A DNA stretch of 64,000 nucleotides, taken from the NCBI GenBank assembly GCA_965198175.1, contig OZ240245.1:4288001-4352000 (forward strand), in the 5' to 3' direction. Shown piece after piece: positions 37,335 to 46,320 of this stretch (the first letter of the stretch is position 1; each line of letters starts with the position of its first letter). Source of the stretch: Candidatus Poribacteria bacterium. Its GTDB lineage: Bacteria > Poribacteria > WGA-4E > PCPOR2b. The notes under the pieces were generated by a model, which had not been told where the DNA came from, searched no databases, and was given only the letters and a program-made list of their open reading frames with translations. A program made the translations under genes and the position numbers.

Positions 37335-39344
37335 ATGACCCAAAGAAACAGCACCTATCATGTCCTCGCAATCATTCTTATATGTCTCATTAGCATCTGT
37401 TCATGCGGTGTCAAGCCACAGCTAGAACCGGCAACTGAGATGACCCCCTCCCCCTCCCTCATGGACATTGCGCCGGCAGATGCGCTACTAGTGTTACAAA
37501 TAAAAGACGTCGCCGAAGCACTCGCGCTTATTGAAGACTCGAGAGCGTGGCAACAACTTCTTGAAGCGCCGATTTGGGAGTTGCTGCGGGCGGTTTATGA
37601 AAGGAAAGCTGAGGTTAAAGATATACACCACCTCTTCAGACCAAGCCTCTCAATCCTTTCTCACCTACTTGGACAGGAAATCCTACTTGTCGTTCCCAAG
37701 TTCCGGGAACCCCTAGAATTCTCTCCAACACTCATGGCGGATCTAGATCGATCCGATGACCTCGGGGAGATACTGTCGGCAGCGATTAAGGTCGCAATGG
37801 CGAACATTCCAGAGGCAAAGACCCGAGAATACAACGGCTATTCCTATATGACAGCCGAGTTCAAGCCGAACCTGTTCCTGTCATGTGGACTGATCGACAA
37901 CTTTCTGATTGCCAGCTTGGGAGAAACGTCGATACGTCGGGCAATAGACATCTACCAAGGAAAATCGGACGCTAGCCTTGCCAAAAACCCGAATTTCGCC
38001 CAACATGTTGAGCGGTGTCAGGGTGCGCCCGGTGAGGGTGTAACGGACTTTCAGTCAATATTTTACCTCGATCTGACCTCAATCCCTGAATTGGTCGAGT
38101 TGATGTATCCGATGGTCCGTGGCGAGATGAGTGACGAGATTGCGACACTGGCGGATCGGGCAATTAAGTGGTTGGACCTTGTGCAATGGGTGGGGTCGGT
38201 TACAAACCTCACGAAAGATGGGATTGTGTCGCAGAGCTATATCAAACTTAATCCCAACGCGACAGCCAACAACTTCCTAGAGATGTTGCTAGCCAAGCCG
38301 ACGCGGCACGACTCGATAAAGTTCGCACCCACTGACGTAATATCTTATAGTGCGTTCAATCTCCTTGATCTCCCCAAGCTCTGGCAGATGGTGATGGGCT
38401 TTGTTGAGTCAATGCCACCGGAAATGAGCCGAGAGGTACTTGGCAGCCTTCAGGAGATGGAGACAATGATGGGCATCGACATCGAATATGACCTGCTTTC
38501 GTGGATGGGAAATGAAATTGCACTCCTCCAGACTGGGTTCACTATGCTATCGCCCAGAATGGGTGCCGGAACAGGCGGTGCAATACCGCAACTCTTGCTT
38601 TCGATTCAAACGTCAGACAGCGAAAAAGCGGCTCAAAGTCTCGGACGCTTAACGGATGTGGTTGCGATGACTTTGGCAGCAACAACGGGCGTGGTGCTGG
38701 AGTGGGATACAGTCGACTATGCCGGCAACCAGATTCGCACGGCGGCACTCCCTAATGTCCCGTATCAACCGAGCTACGTCGTGACTGAGCAGTACGTGTT
38801 GATTTCTACCGGGCTCGCCGAGCTGAAAGTTGCGCTTGATTGTGCGAGCGGTACTGCGGCAAACCTTCTTACGGCGACCGAATTTGTAGAACTCCGCGGC
38901 ATCGCTCCAGAGTTGGTCAATAACATCGCTTACGCCAAACTTGCGCGGCTGCTTGAGCAGATGGTTGACACGGTTGCGGAACAGCTACCAGTCATGTTTG
39001 AGAATGGGGATTCAAAGACGGAATCTGAGTTGATTCAATCAATGCTCCCGTCAACGATGGATTTTGTCCGTGAGATTGTTAGAACCCTCGTTGGTCAGAT
39101 CCAATATACGGTGAACGACGGCGATGGCTTGCGAAGCTACTCATTCCTGAAGGTGCGTGACCTTGATGCCAATTTCGAGTGGGCGGACTCGCCCGATGCC
39201 AAGAGCGCGCGGTTGCTGTTAATGGCTCGTGTATATTCCGAACAGGGAATGCCAAATCGGGCGCTCACCTACCTCGACCGTGTCCTCGCAATTGATCCGA
39301 ATCAACCTGATGCTTTGAAGATGAAGATTTCTCTCTTAGAGTAG
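37335..39344 (+). CDS. DUF3352-like lipoprotein with C-terminal TPR
   Basis: lipobox CSC; DLLSWMGNEIAL segment; terminal TPR (YLDRVLAIDP). Confidence 0.65.
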   Translation: MTQRNSTYHVLAIILICLISICSCGVKPQLEPATEMTPSPSLMDIAPADALLVLQIKDVAEALALIEDSRAWQQLLEAPIWELLRAVYERKAEVKDIHHLFRPSLSILSHLLGQEILLVVPKFREPLEFSPTLMADLDRSDDLGEILSAAIKVAMANIPEAKTREYNGYSYMTAEFKPNLFLSCGLIDNFLIASLGETSIRRAIDIYQGKSDASLAKNPNFAQHVERCQGAPGEGVTDFQSIFYLDLTSIPELVELMYPMVRGEMSDEIATLADRAIKWLDLVQWVGSVTNLTKDGIVSQSYIKLNPNATANNFLEMLLAKPTRHDSIKFAPTDVISYSAFNLLDLPKLWQMVMGFVESMPPEMSREVLGSLQEMETMMGIDIEYDLLSWMGNEIALLQTGFTMLSPRMGAGTGGAIPQLLLSIQTSDSEKAAQSLGRLTDVVAMTLAATTGVVLEWDTVDYAGNQIRTAALPNVPYQPSYVVTEQYVLISTGLAELKVALDCASGTAANLLTATEFVELRGIAPELVNNIAYAKLARLLEQMVDTVAEQLPVMFENGDSKTESELIQSMLPSTMDFVREIVRTLVGQIQYTVNDGDGLRSYSFLKVRDLDANFEWADSPDAKSARLLLMARVYSEQGMPNRALTYLDRVLAIDPNQPDALKMKISLLE

Positions 39345-39657
39345 GTTGGATTGAGATCAACCGACTGGATAAGGAGCGATCAACCGACCGAATAGGATCA
39401 AGGGAACGGATAGTGACTGCGATAGAGTTCCCAAAGAGATTCTACCCTTATAGGAAACATGAACCCCTGATGCGATGCTGCTTCAATTCTTAAAAATCTG
39501 GCGAAACCCCACGCTTTTGAATCTGTCTTCGTGCGCCATTCCCCTTTAACCGTTGTTCAACCCAACCTACGCCTAAAAAGTTCTCCCCATTGCCAAGGGA
39601 CGCTAGAGGGCAGCAGATTAAGTTCTCCCCCTTGCTAAGGGGGAGCTAGAGGGGGTC
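39341..39657. repeat. REP/REPIN cluster between convergent genes
   Basis: GTAGGTTGGATTGA at 39341 and inverse TCAACCCAACCTAC at ~39557; CTCCCCCTTGCTAAGGGGGAG hairpin at ~39625. Confidence 0.75.
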
Positions 39658-40008
39658 TGTTCCTCGCGTTTCTAGACTCGCTTGCACCTGATCTAACCGT
39701 TTGCGCAACTGGGACTGCGTTTGCGAAATCCGCAGCGTGTAGAGGATAAAGATTAGCCAAATCACGAAATAAGCGGATACCAGGTGCCTTAGTCGCTTTG
39801 ATTGTCGCGCTTCCAACTTCTCGATTGATTTGTTGACCGCCTGCTGAACTTCTGCCTTATCCACTTCTAAATTCGTCTCAGCGATGGCATCGTTTACCGC
39901 TACAAGCACTTCATCATCGGTGATTTTGACCGGCACCTTGAGAAAGGAAAATACACCGAAAAAGATCGCGAAAATTATAAGGGCAACAATCAATAAATTT
40001 CTGTTCAT
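39646..40008 (-). CDS. small membrane protein with CcmD-like C-terminal segment
   Basis: AY.VIWL....Y..RI......L..RL pattern preceded by an extra TM and helical domain. Confidence 0.55.
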   Translation of the reverse strand: MNRNLLIVALIIFAIFFGVFSFLKVPVKITDDEVLVAVNDAIAETNLEVDKAEVQQAVNKSIEKLEARQSKRLRHLVSAYFVIWLIFILYTLRISQTQSQLRKRLDQVQASLETRGTDPL

Positions 40009-40160
40009 TCAGATTCTCCAAACGGGATGTGTAAAACAGTTGAGCATGTTTTCCTGAAAGTCGGTTCTGTTTTTATGCATATTCCTCCAATTCCGCGCAT
40101 AAGCATACCATACTTCTATCAGGTTCATCAAGTGAAAGGAGACGCACACGAGCCTTAGAC

Positions 40161-42056
40161 TCATTCAATAAACAGGATCCGCAGAATGAGCCCGAGACAT
40201 CCAACCACAACCTGACCCAAGACCAGTCCCAAGAAGAACGGCACCATCTCCCGATAGCGCCGAATACCGCCAAACTTCAGAATGCTCCATTTAATCGTCC
40301 ACGCGAGCAAGATTGAAAACCAGAGGTGGTGTATCATTGCACCCGATGCGACTGCGTAGCCGACGGGATGGAACGGAAATCCGACAAAACGGCGATGCAA
40401 CGCGGTGAGCAGTATCGTGACGCCCGCACCCAACCCAACCTCTCTGAGCATGAACGGCTCCGGGGTCCCCAATAGCTTTAGCCAGACTTCTAGGCGGCGA
40501 AAGGCTTCGCCGCCAATGTTGTGGGCGACGTTTCCCGCGCCATAGCGGTACATCGTCGTCAGAAATACCCAAAACCCGCAAACCGTTCCCACGACCGATG
40601 CGACCAGCATTGCAATCAGGAATTGTCGACTCGGCGCCCCTATCGTTTGGGCAATCTTAAATCCCTCAAGCTGGTGTCCGACGGGATGGGAACGATACGC
40701 CCGACTCATCCAGTATATACAACTAAACATCGCAATGTTCCGTTGCCCCACGCGGCGTGCGCCAAGTGCATTGAGGATTAACTGTTCCGGACCCATGAAC
40801 TCTGCGTCGTGCGCCGGGGGACCGACTTCGGCGCGTATGCGAGCGATTGCTACCGCATACAGCACGTATATGGTCAGAAAGAGGAGCGCGATAGACACAG
40901 ATATCCCCACGTAAGCGAGGAACAGAATCAGTGCGGTGGTGCCACAGACCAGCCCGATAAGCGCCGTTCGATAGGTCATCGGCTCCTCGCCTCGCTTATC
41001 ATCTGCTCTTTGACGGCGCGCCAGGGCGTACACCTGTTTCAGATGTTTGCGGCTCATCCACAACGCTGAGACCGCGACAACCATCCACGCGCCCGCCGTC
41101 GCATAACTGCGGAACGGTCCCGGTGTTGCCCAGATGCCGACTGCACTTCGAAAGACCAGTTCCGCTTTCGAGAAAAGCAGGAAGAACCATGTCGAGAACG
41201 CTAGGCTTAGCGGCAAGAAATAGCTCAATCCTACGACAAAGGGTTCGATTTCGATGAATAACCCCCCGGCGGGGTATGGACGGAGGGCATTCCAAGGCTT
41301 TGTCGTGAACAGCGGTGTGAGATTGTAACCCATTCGGAGAACGGGGAATGCCGGAATGAACGCGTGCAGCATCCTGTGCAGGCTGATTGCCCCGGCGATT
41401 GCGAACCCAAACCACAGCCAACGATTGCCGAGCGTCCCGGCGCCAGTCCCCGTCAATTCAAGCGGCAGTTGAATGATTGGATACGACAACTTCTCATTTT
41501 CCGTCCACTGTTTCCGGATGATCGTGTTGATACAGACCAGAACAAATAGAAGAACAATCAGAAATCCTCCCCAACAGACGCAAGGGAAGAGCCAAGCGTT
41601 AAGATACCTTGCTGTATACAGCGTCTCGCCACCGTTGAAATACCCGTGAAGTGCCTGCTCATCGTAGACGCTGAGCCAGTGGGGAACATATCTGCCGTAA
41701 AACACCAACCACTCATTCTCCGGCGTTGCAAATCCGAAACCCGCCATGTGCTGAACCATCACGAGCATCAGATCATGTCCGAAGATTCCAGTGGCAATCG
41801 AAAGCATCGTATAGACAATCAGAAGTTCGCTGGAATCGAAGGCGATTTTCGGGTTGGATTTCTTGAGAAGTGCATTCAGTACCGTCAGGACGAAGAGCGT
41901 AAACACGACGTTGAAAAAGAGCGTAAAAACCGAGAACACGAAGAGACTGTGTACGGTCTCTGAGTGCATTGTCCAATAAAGATTGGGAGGGATAAGCAGC
42001 GCGCCGATAATCAACGCACGGTAGGACCTGACGGGTGGACGGCGATCTTGTTTCAT
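40161..42056 (-). CDS. DUF6785/DUF6784-like polytopic membrane protein
   Basis: ELL.VY.ML, TPEN.W, RKQW...EKL.YP..QLP, RIRAE.G.P and PFHP.GY motifs. Confidence 0.75.
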   Translation of the reverse strand: MKQDRRPPVRSYRALIIGALLIPPNLYWTMHSETVHSLFVFSVFTLFFNVVFTLFVLTVLNALLKKSNPKIAFDSSELLIVYTMLSIATGIFGHDLMLVMVQHMAGFGFATPENEWLVFYGRYVPHWLSVYDEQALHGYFNGGETLYTARYLNAWLFPCVCWGGFLIVLLFVLVCINTIIRKQWTENEKLSYPIIQLPLELTGTGAGTLGNRWLWFGFAIAGAISLHRMLHAFIPAFPVLRMGYNLTPLFTTKPWNALRPYPAGGLFIEIEPFVVGLSYFLPLSLAFSTWFFLLFSKAELVFRSAVGIWATPGPFRSYATAGAWMVVAVSALWMSRKHLKQVYALARRQRADDKRGEEPMTYRTALIGLVCGTTALILFLAYVGISVSIALLFLTIYVLYAVAIARIRAEVGPPAHDAEFMGPEQLILNALGARRVGQRNIAMFSCIYWMSRAYRSHPVGHQLEGFKIAQTIGAPSRQFLIAMLVASVVGTVCGFWVFLTTMYRYGAGNVAHNIGGEAFRRLEVWLKLLGTPEPFMLREVGLGAGVTILLTALHRRFVGFPFHPVGYAVASGAMIHHLWFSILLAWTIKWSILKFGGIRRYREMVPFFLGLVLGQVVVGCLGLILRILFIE

Positions 42057-42195
42057 CGGGCATGTGGCAAGTCTGTTGATAGCGCCTCTAGGCATGTAGA
42101 CCGAATTTGCATCGTTCGATATATGGTAACACGCCACCCTAAGGAGATCAACATGTTTATACCAAAGTGTGGGATAAGACATTCCGACTTCACAA

Positions 42196-42224
42196 TTGAC
42201 ACATTCTCGGTTGGACGTTATAAT
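42196..42224 (+). promoter_or_regulatory. perfect consensus sigma-70 promoter
   Basis: TTGACA-N17-TATAAT. Confidence 0.8.
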
Positions 42225-42385
42225 ATTCGCACGAATTTTGCTTACATAGAGGGTTGGGCGCCCTGTTTGGATGCGGCTTACGCCGGGTCACCGTCTCGTT
42301 CCGTCTGATGTGCATAAGGCGCGCTACGGCAGGGAAAACCAGTCGTTTTAGAACTGGGCAGCTACACATATTCGGAGGATTAATG

Positions 42386-43210
42386 ATGCCAAAATTGGGT
42401 ATCGTTCACTACAACTTCCCCGATTTCTCATTCGATGAATTTCTTAGATTCGTCAGTGATACAGGCTTCGACGATGTCGAACTTCAGGTCAACGATGTCT
42501 GGTGTACGGGGATTGACAACCCTGAGAAAAACGCCGAGACGATACGCGAAAACGTCGAATCTTATGGATTGGCTGTTTCCGCCTTCGCAGCAGGAAACGA
42601 TTTCGTTGTCCTAGATGAAGAAGTTGTTCGTTCTCAGGTTGAACGGATGCGCCGGATTGTCGGACTGGCAAAAATCTTGGGCGCTTCGGCGATTCGAACA
42701 GAAGGCGGTGTGCCGAAAGAAAGTGTCCCTGAGAATCGATGGATCGAGGCGATGGCTGGCTGCCTTAGTCGTTGCGTCGAATTCGCTGAAAAGGAAGGAA
42801 TCTATCTCGCCGTCGATAATCATGGGCTTGTGACCAACGACGGTAATCGCCAGGTTGAGTTGTTTGAACGCGTCGGATCCAAATCTGTCGGCGCTAACCT
42901 CGATACGATGAACTACCGCTGGTTTGGGCACGACTTGGAAACGGTCGAAGGGTATTACGAGATTATCGCCCCTTATGCGTTGCATCTACACCTGAAGGAC
43001 GGCAGGGGAACACGCAGCGCGTATCGCGGTGAGGCGCTTGGCGAAGGCGAAATTAATCTCACAAAGGTGATTCACTGCCTAAAAGCAGCGGGCTACGACG
43101 GTTCATGGTGTTGCGAATATGAGGGGCGCGAAAACGATGGGCACGGACAAAGAAAATGCTACGAATACCTGAAGGCGAATTTAGATGGCTCCGTTATGAG
43201 CGACACGTAA
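42386..43210 (+). CDS. sugar phosphate isomerase/epimerase (xylose-isomerase-like TIM barrel)
   Basis: GFD.VEL, LAVDNH, NLD..N, HLHLKD, LG.G.I and EYE motifs; GGAGG RBS. Confidence 0.88.
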   Translation: MPKLGIVHYNFPDFSFDEFLRFVSDTGFDDVELQVNDVWCTGIDNPEKNAETIRENVESYGLAVSAFAAGNDFVVLDEEVVRSQVERMRRIVGLAKILGASAIRTEGGVPKESVPENRWIEAMAGCLSRCVEFAEKEGIYLAVDNHGLVTNDGNRQVELFERVGSKSVGANLDTMNYRWFGHDLETVEGYYEIIAPYALHLHLKDGRGTRSAYRGEALGEGEINLTKVIHCLKAAGYDGSWCCEYEGRENDGHGQRKCYEYLKANLDGSVMSDT

Positions 43211-43292
43211 GCACCACCGTTTCACGCCAATCAGACGACGTGATGCGTTCAGCGGATCTCGTCAATGCTGAACAGAAAGGAAGTTCATTTGG

Positions 43293-43619
43293 ATGTCTCG
43301 GCTTGTGAAGGCAGCCAAAACCGATGAAGTAGGACCCGGCAGTTGCATCGGCGTTAAGGTAGAAGGCGTCTTTGTCGGAATCTACAACGTCGATGGGGAG
43401 TATTATGCAATTAACAATATCTGTCCCCATCTCGGCGGGGTTCTACACTACGGATTTTTGGAGAACCAAGTTATTACGTGTCCGCTCCATCTATGGCAGT
43501 TCGACGTGAGGACGGGCAAGTGCGTGTGGCCAGGTCGAGAGCGGATTGCAACCTATCCTGTAGAAGTTGAAGGAAACGATATTCTCGTTGATGTAAACTC
43601 GCCGATATTCCCAGATTGA
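43293..43619 (+). CDS. Rieske [2Fe-2S] ferredoxin
   Basis: CPH and CPLH Rieske ligands. Confidence 0.92.
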   Translation: MSRLVKAAKTDEVGPGSCIGVKVEGVFVGIYNVDGEYYAINNICPHLGGVLHYGFLENQVITCPLHLWQFDVRTGKCVWPGRERIATYPVEVEGNDILVDVNSPIFPD

Positions 43620-43643
43620 TAAATTGAGGAGGAAACTAAGAAA

Positions 43644-44603
43644 ATGGCGTATTTAATCACCGGCGGAATGGGATGTATCGGATCTTACGTTATCCGTGAT
43701 CTCCTTAACGCCGGTGAGAAGCTCATTGTTTATGATTCGATACATGATCTAACCATTCCCAAGCTGGTGTTGACACCAGAGCAACTTGAACGCTTCACCT
43801 TTGTTCAAGGAGACATCACCGATTTGCCACACGTCTTGCGCACGGTTAAGGAACACAATATCGACCGGATTATCCATCTTGCATCGTGGCAGGTCCCGGC
43901 ATGCAACGCCAATCCGCCGCATGCGTTAAGGGTAGTCTGCGACGGCACAATCAATATGTTCGAAGCGGCGCGCATCTTTAATCTCAAACGAGTCGTGTGG
44001 GCGAGCACTGTTGCGGTTTTCGGAGCGCCAGAAGATTATAACCACCAACGCATTGAAAATGACGCGCCGCACTTCCCAAAGTTCATTTATGGGGCTTGCA
44101 AATCACTCAACGAACGGTATGCGTCTTACTACTTCGACAACTACAACGTGGACATCATCGGACTGAGGTTTACAGCGGTGTATGGCGTTGGACGCACGCG
44201 GGGAATGAGTTCCTTTTCGACAAAAATGATTGAAGATGTCGCACTGGGAAGGCAGGGCGTTGTCCCCTTTGGTGACGACACGGTGGATTGGCAGTATGTT
44301 GAAGATGTCTCCCGATCCATTGCGATGGCGTGTACCTGCCCAACAACAAAAACACGGGCTTTCAACGTCAAAGGGGGTATCCGCCCAGTGCGAGAAGGCG
44401 CCGCTTACTTGAAGCAACTCGTGCCGGACGCAGAGATTACACTCGAACCGGGAGTATTTGGAATCTCATGGGACTATGACGCCACGCCAATCGCCGAAGA
44501 AATCGGGTTCACGCCAACTTATACGATGGAACAGGGCATCCTGAAGACGTTCAACCGCTTCCGGGAACTCGCAGGACTTCCGGCGGTGGATTATCAGGGG
44601 TGA
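43644..44603 (+). CDS. NAD-dependent epimerase/dehydratase
   Basis: TGGMGCIG, IIHLA and YGACK motifs. Confidence 0.92.
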   Translation: MAYLITGGMGCIGSYVIRDLLNAGEKLIVYDSIHDLTIPKLVLTPEQLERFTFVQGDITDLPHVLRTVKEHNIDRIIHLASWQVPACNANPPHALRVVCDGTINMFEAARIFNLKRVVWASTVAVFGAPEDYNHQRIENDAPHFPKFIYGACKSLNERYASYYFDNYNVDIIGLRFTAVYGVGRTRGMSSFSTKMIEDVALGRQGVVPFGDDTVDWQYVEDVSRSIAMACTCPTTKTRAFNVKGGIRPVREGAAYLKQLVPDAEITLEPGVFGISWDYDATPIAEEIGFTPTYTMEQGILKTFNRFRELAGLPAVDYQG

Positions 44604-44736
44604 GAGCGGGCGTAAGGGCACACGTCCTATACCGATTTCGGATCCTAATTTTCCGTCTTGACATCCTAAACCCCAAAGGTTCTAGGGCGACCAAGAACAG
44701 CAAGGGGAAAGCAAAAAACCAATCTTTAGAATGCTG

Positions 44737-46140
44737 TTAGAGCAGTTCTTTGAGGTATTGCACACGCGTGTGATGCCGCAACTTGCGAAGCGCTTCATCC
44801 TCAATTTGGCGGACTCTTTCACGGCTAATGCCGAGTTGCCGCCCGATGTCAGCAAGCGTGTATTCTGTGCCATCTTGCAAGCCGTAACGGAGCTTAATGA
44901 CATGCTTTTCGCGCGGCGACAAGGTGTTAAGAACCCTTTCGAGCGATTCTTTCTCCGAACTGCAAAGCAGTTCTTCCTCGGGCGTCACTTGGGAATCATC
45001 AGCTAACAAGTCAGAGATTGTTGCATCGGGTGATGAATCGCTCAGCGGAGAGTCGAGCGAAATTGTGCCTTTTGTACTTTGGAGAATTTCAATGACTCGA
45101 CTCTCAGACATCTTGACTAAATCAGCAATCTCTTTAATATCTGGCTCACGTTCGAGATCCCTAGCCAGTTTTGTCTGGGCTTGCTTGATAGATCTTCGGG
45201 TTTCTCCAACATAACACGGAATACGAATCGTTTGGCTTTGCTGATCTAGCGCTCGCTTAATCGCCTGCATGATCCACCAAGTCGCGTAAGTGCTAAAGCG
45301 ATACCCTCTCTGGAGATCGAATTTTTCGACCGCTTTCATCAAGCCGATACTTCCCTCTTGCATCAGATCAAGAAATGAAAGCGACGAGCGATTAAAATTA
45401 TGTTGTTTGGCAATACTCGCGACGAGCAGAAGATTAGCCTCAACAAGCTTAAGTTTCGCTTCTTGTATCTTTTGGGATGCTTTGCCAAGTTCCTTCCAAA
45501 GTAGTTCAAGGCATTCGCACGCTTCGCGGTGATCCTCTTCTGTTGTGGCGGTGTCATCGGTTTGACCACGTTGGTAAACACCAATCTCCGTTTGAATTTG
45601 ATCCAACGTTGTGGCGAGGTTCATGGGACTCCACCACATCCCATTCGGCGACTTCTGTTTTGCACCGCGCGTTCGTTTCGCTTTGGGACGAACTTCCTCT
45701 AAAATTGAGAGGGGGAGCTGATTAAATAATTCTGTAATCCACTGCTTGCCTTCTTCAAATTTCTCGAAGAGTTCAACTTCTTCTTCAGGTGTGAGCAAAG
45801 GCGTGCGGGCGATCTCCTGAAGATAGGAAAACGCTTCGTCCTTTGCGTTGTCAGAGACATCACCGCGCGTTCTAAATGATGAAATCAGATCGTCGTTTTC
45901 TTCACCGTCAATCTCATTTTCATCGGATTCATCCGTGGGCAGCACCGACAGAAATTCGCCATCTTCCTCAAATTCGAGTTCACCATTTATATTAGATGCG
46001 CCCCTAACTGGGCTGTCCGTGAATTCATCACGACTTGTCACGATTCGATCGCCTCGATTCTCTTGTTTAATATCGAAAAAAATATTATCAAATTTTATCG
46101 GGTCTTTATCTTCTGCGATGTTTTTCATACCGGATACCAT
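44737..46140 (-). CDS. RNA polymerase sigma-70 factor, RpoD/SigA-like with divergent region 2.4
   Basis: region 1.2 YLQEI..TPLL, DLMQEG.IGL.KAVEKFD, FSTYATWWI, region 4 SRERVRQIE..AL.KLR. Confidence 0.92.
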   Translation of the reverse strand: MVSGMKNIAEDKDPIKFDNIFFDIKQENRGDRIVTSRDEFTDSPVRGASNINGELEFEEDGEFLSVLPTDESDENEIDGEENDDLISSFRTRGDVSDNAKDEAFSYLQEIARTPLLTPEEEVELFEKFEEGKQWITELFNQLPLSILEEVRPKAKRTRGAKQKSPNGMWWSPMNLATTLDQIQTEIGVYQRGQTDDTATTEEDHREACECLELLWKELGKASQKIQEAKLKLVEANLLLVASIAKQHNFNRSSLSFLDLMQEGSIGLMKAVEKFDLQRGYRFSTYATWWIMQAIKRALDQQSQTIRIPCYVGETRRSIKQAQTKLARDLEREPDIKEIADLVKMSESRVIEILQSTKGTISLDSPLSDSSPDATISDLLADDSQVTPEEELLCSSEKESLERVLNTLSPREKHVIKLRYGLQDGTEYTLADIGRQLGISRERVRQIEDEALRKLRHHTRVQYLKELL

Positions 46141-46320
46141 TTCTTATGACACTTTTCTTTTTTGGTACGATTCAGTCTTGCTCATCAACGCTAGATTCCA
46201 AAAGTGTCATTTCAAACTAACCTTCGTATTTGAGCAACGCTTTTCAGGCATAATGTATTATGGGCGGAATTTTCTTAGCTTTCCATTGAGACGTGTAATC
46301 CTTCAATCAAGTTTACTGAT

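Noticed and set aside
44731..45006. Antisense ORFs opposite the sigma gene, and similar shadows over other long genes
   Set aside because: Fully overlap well-supported genes on the other strand or frame
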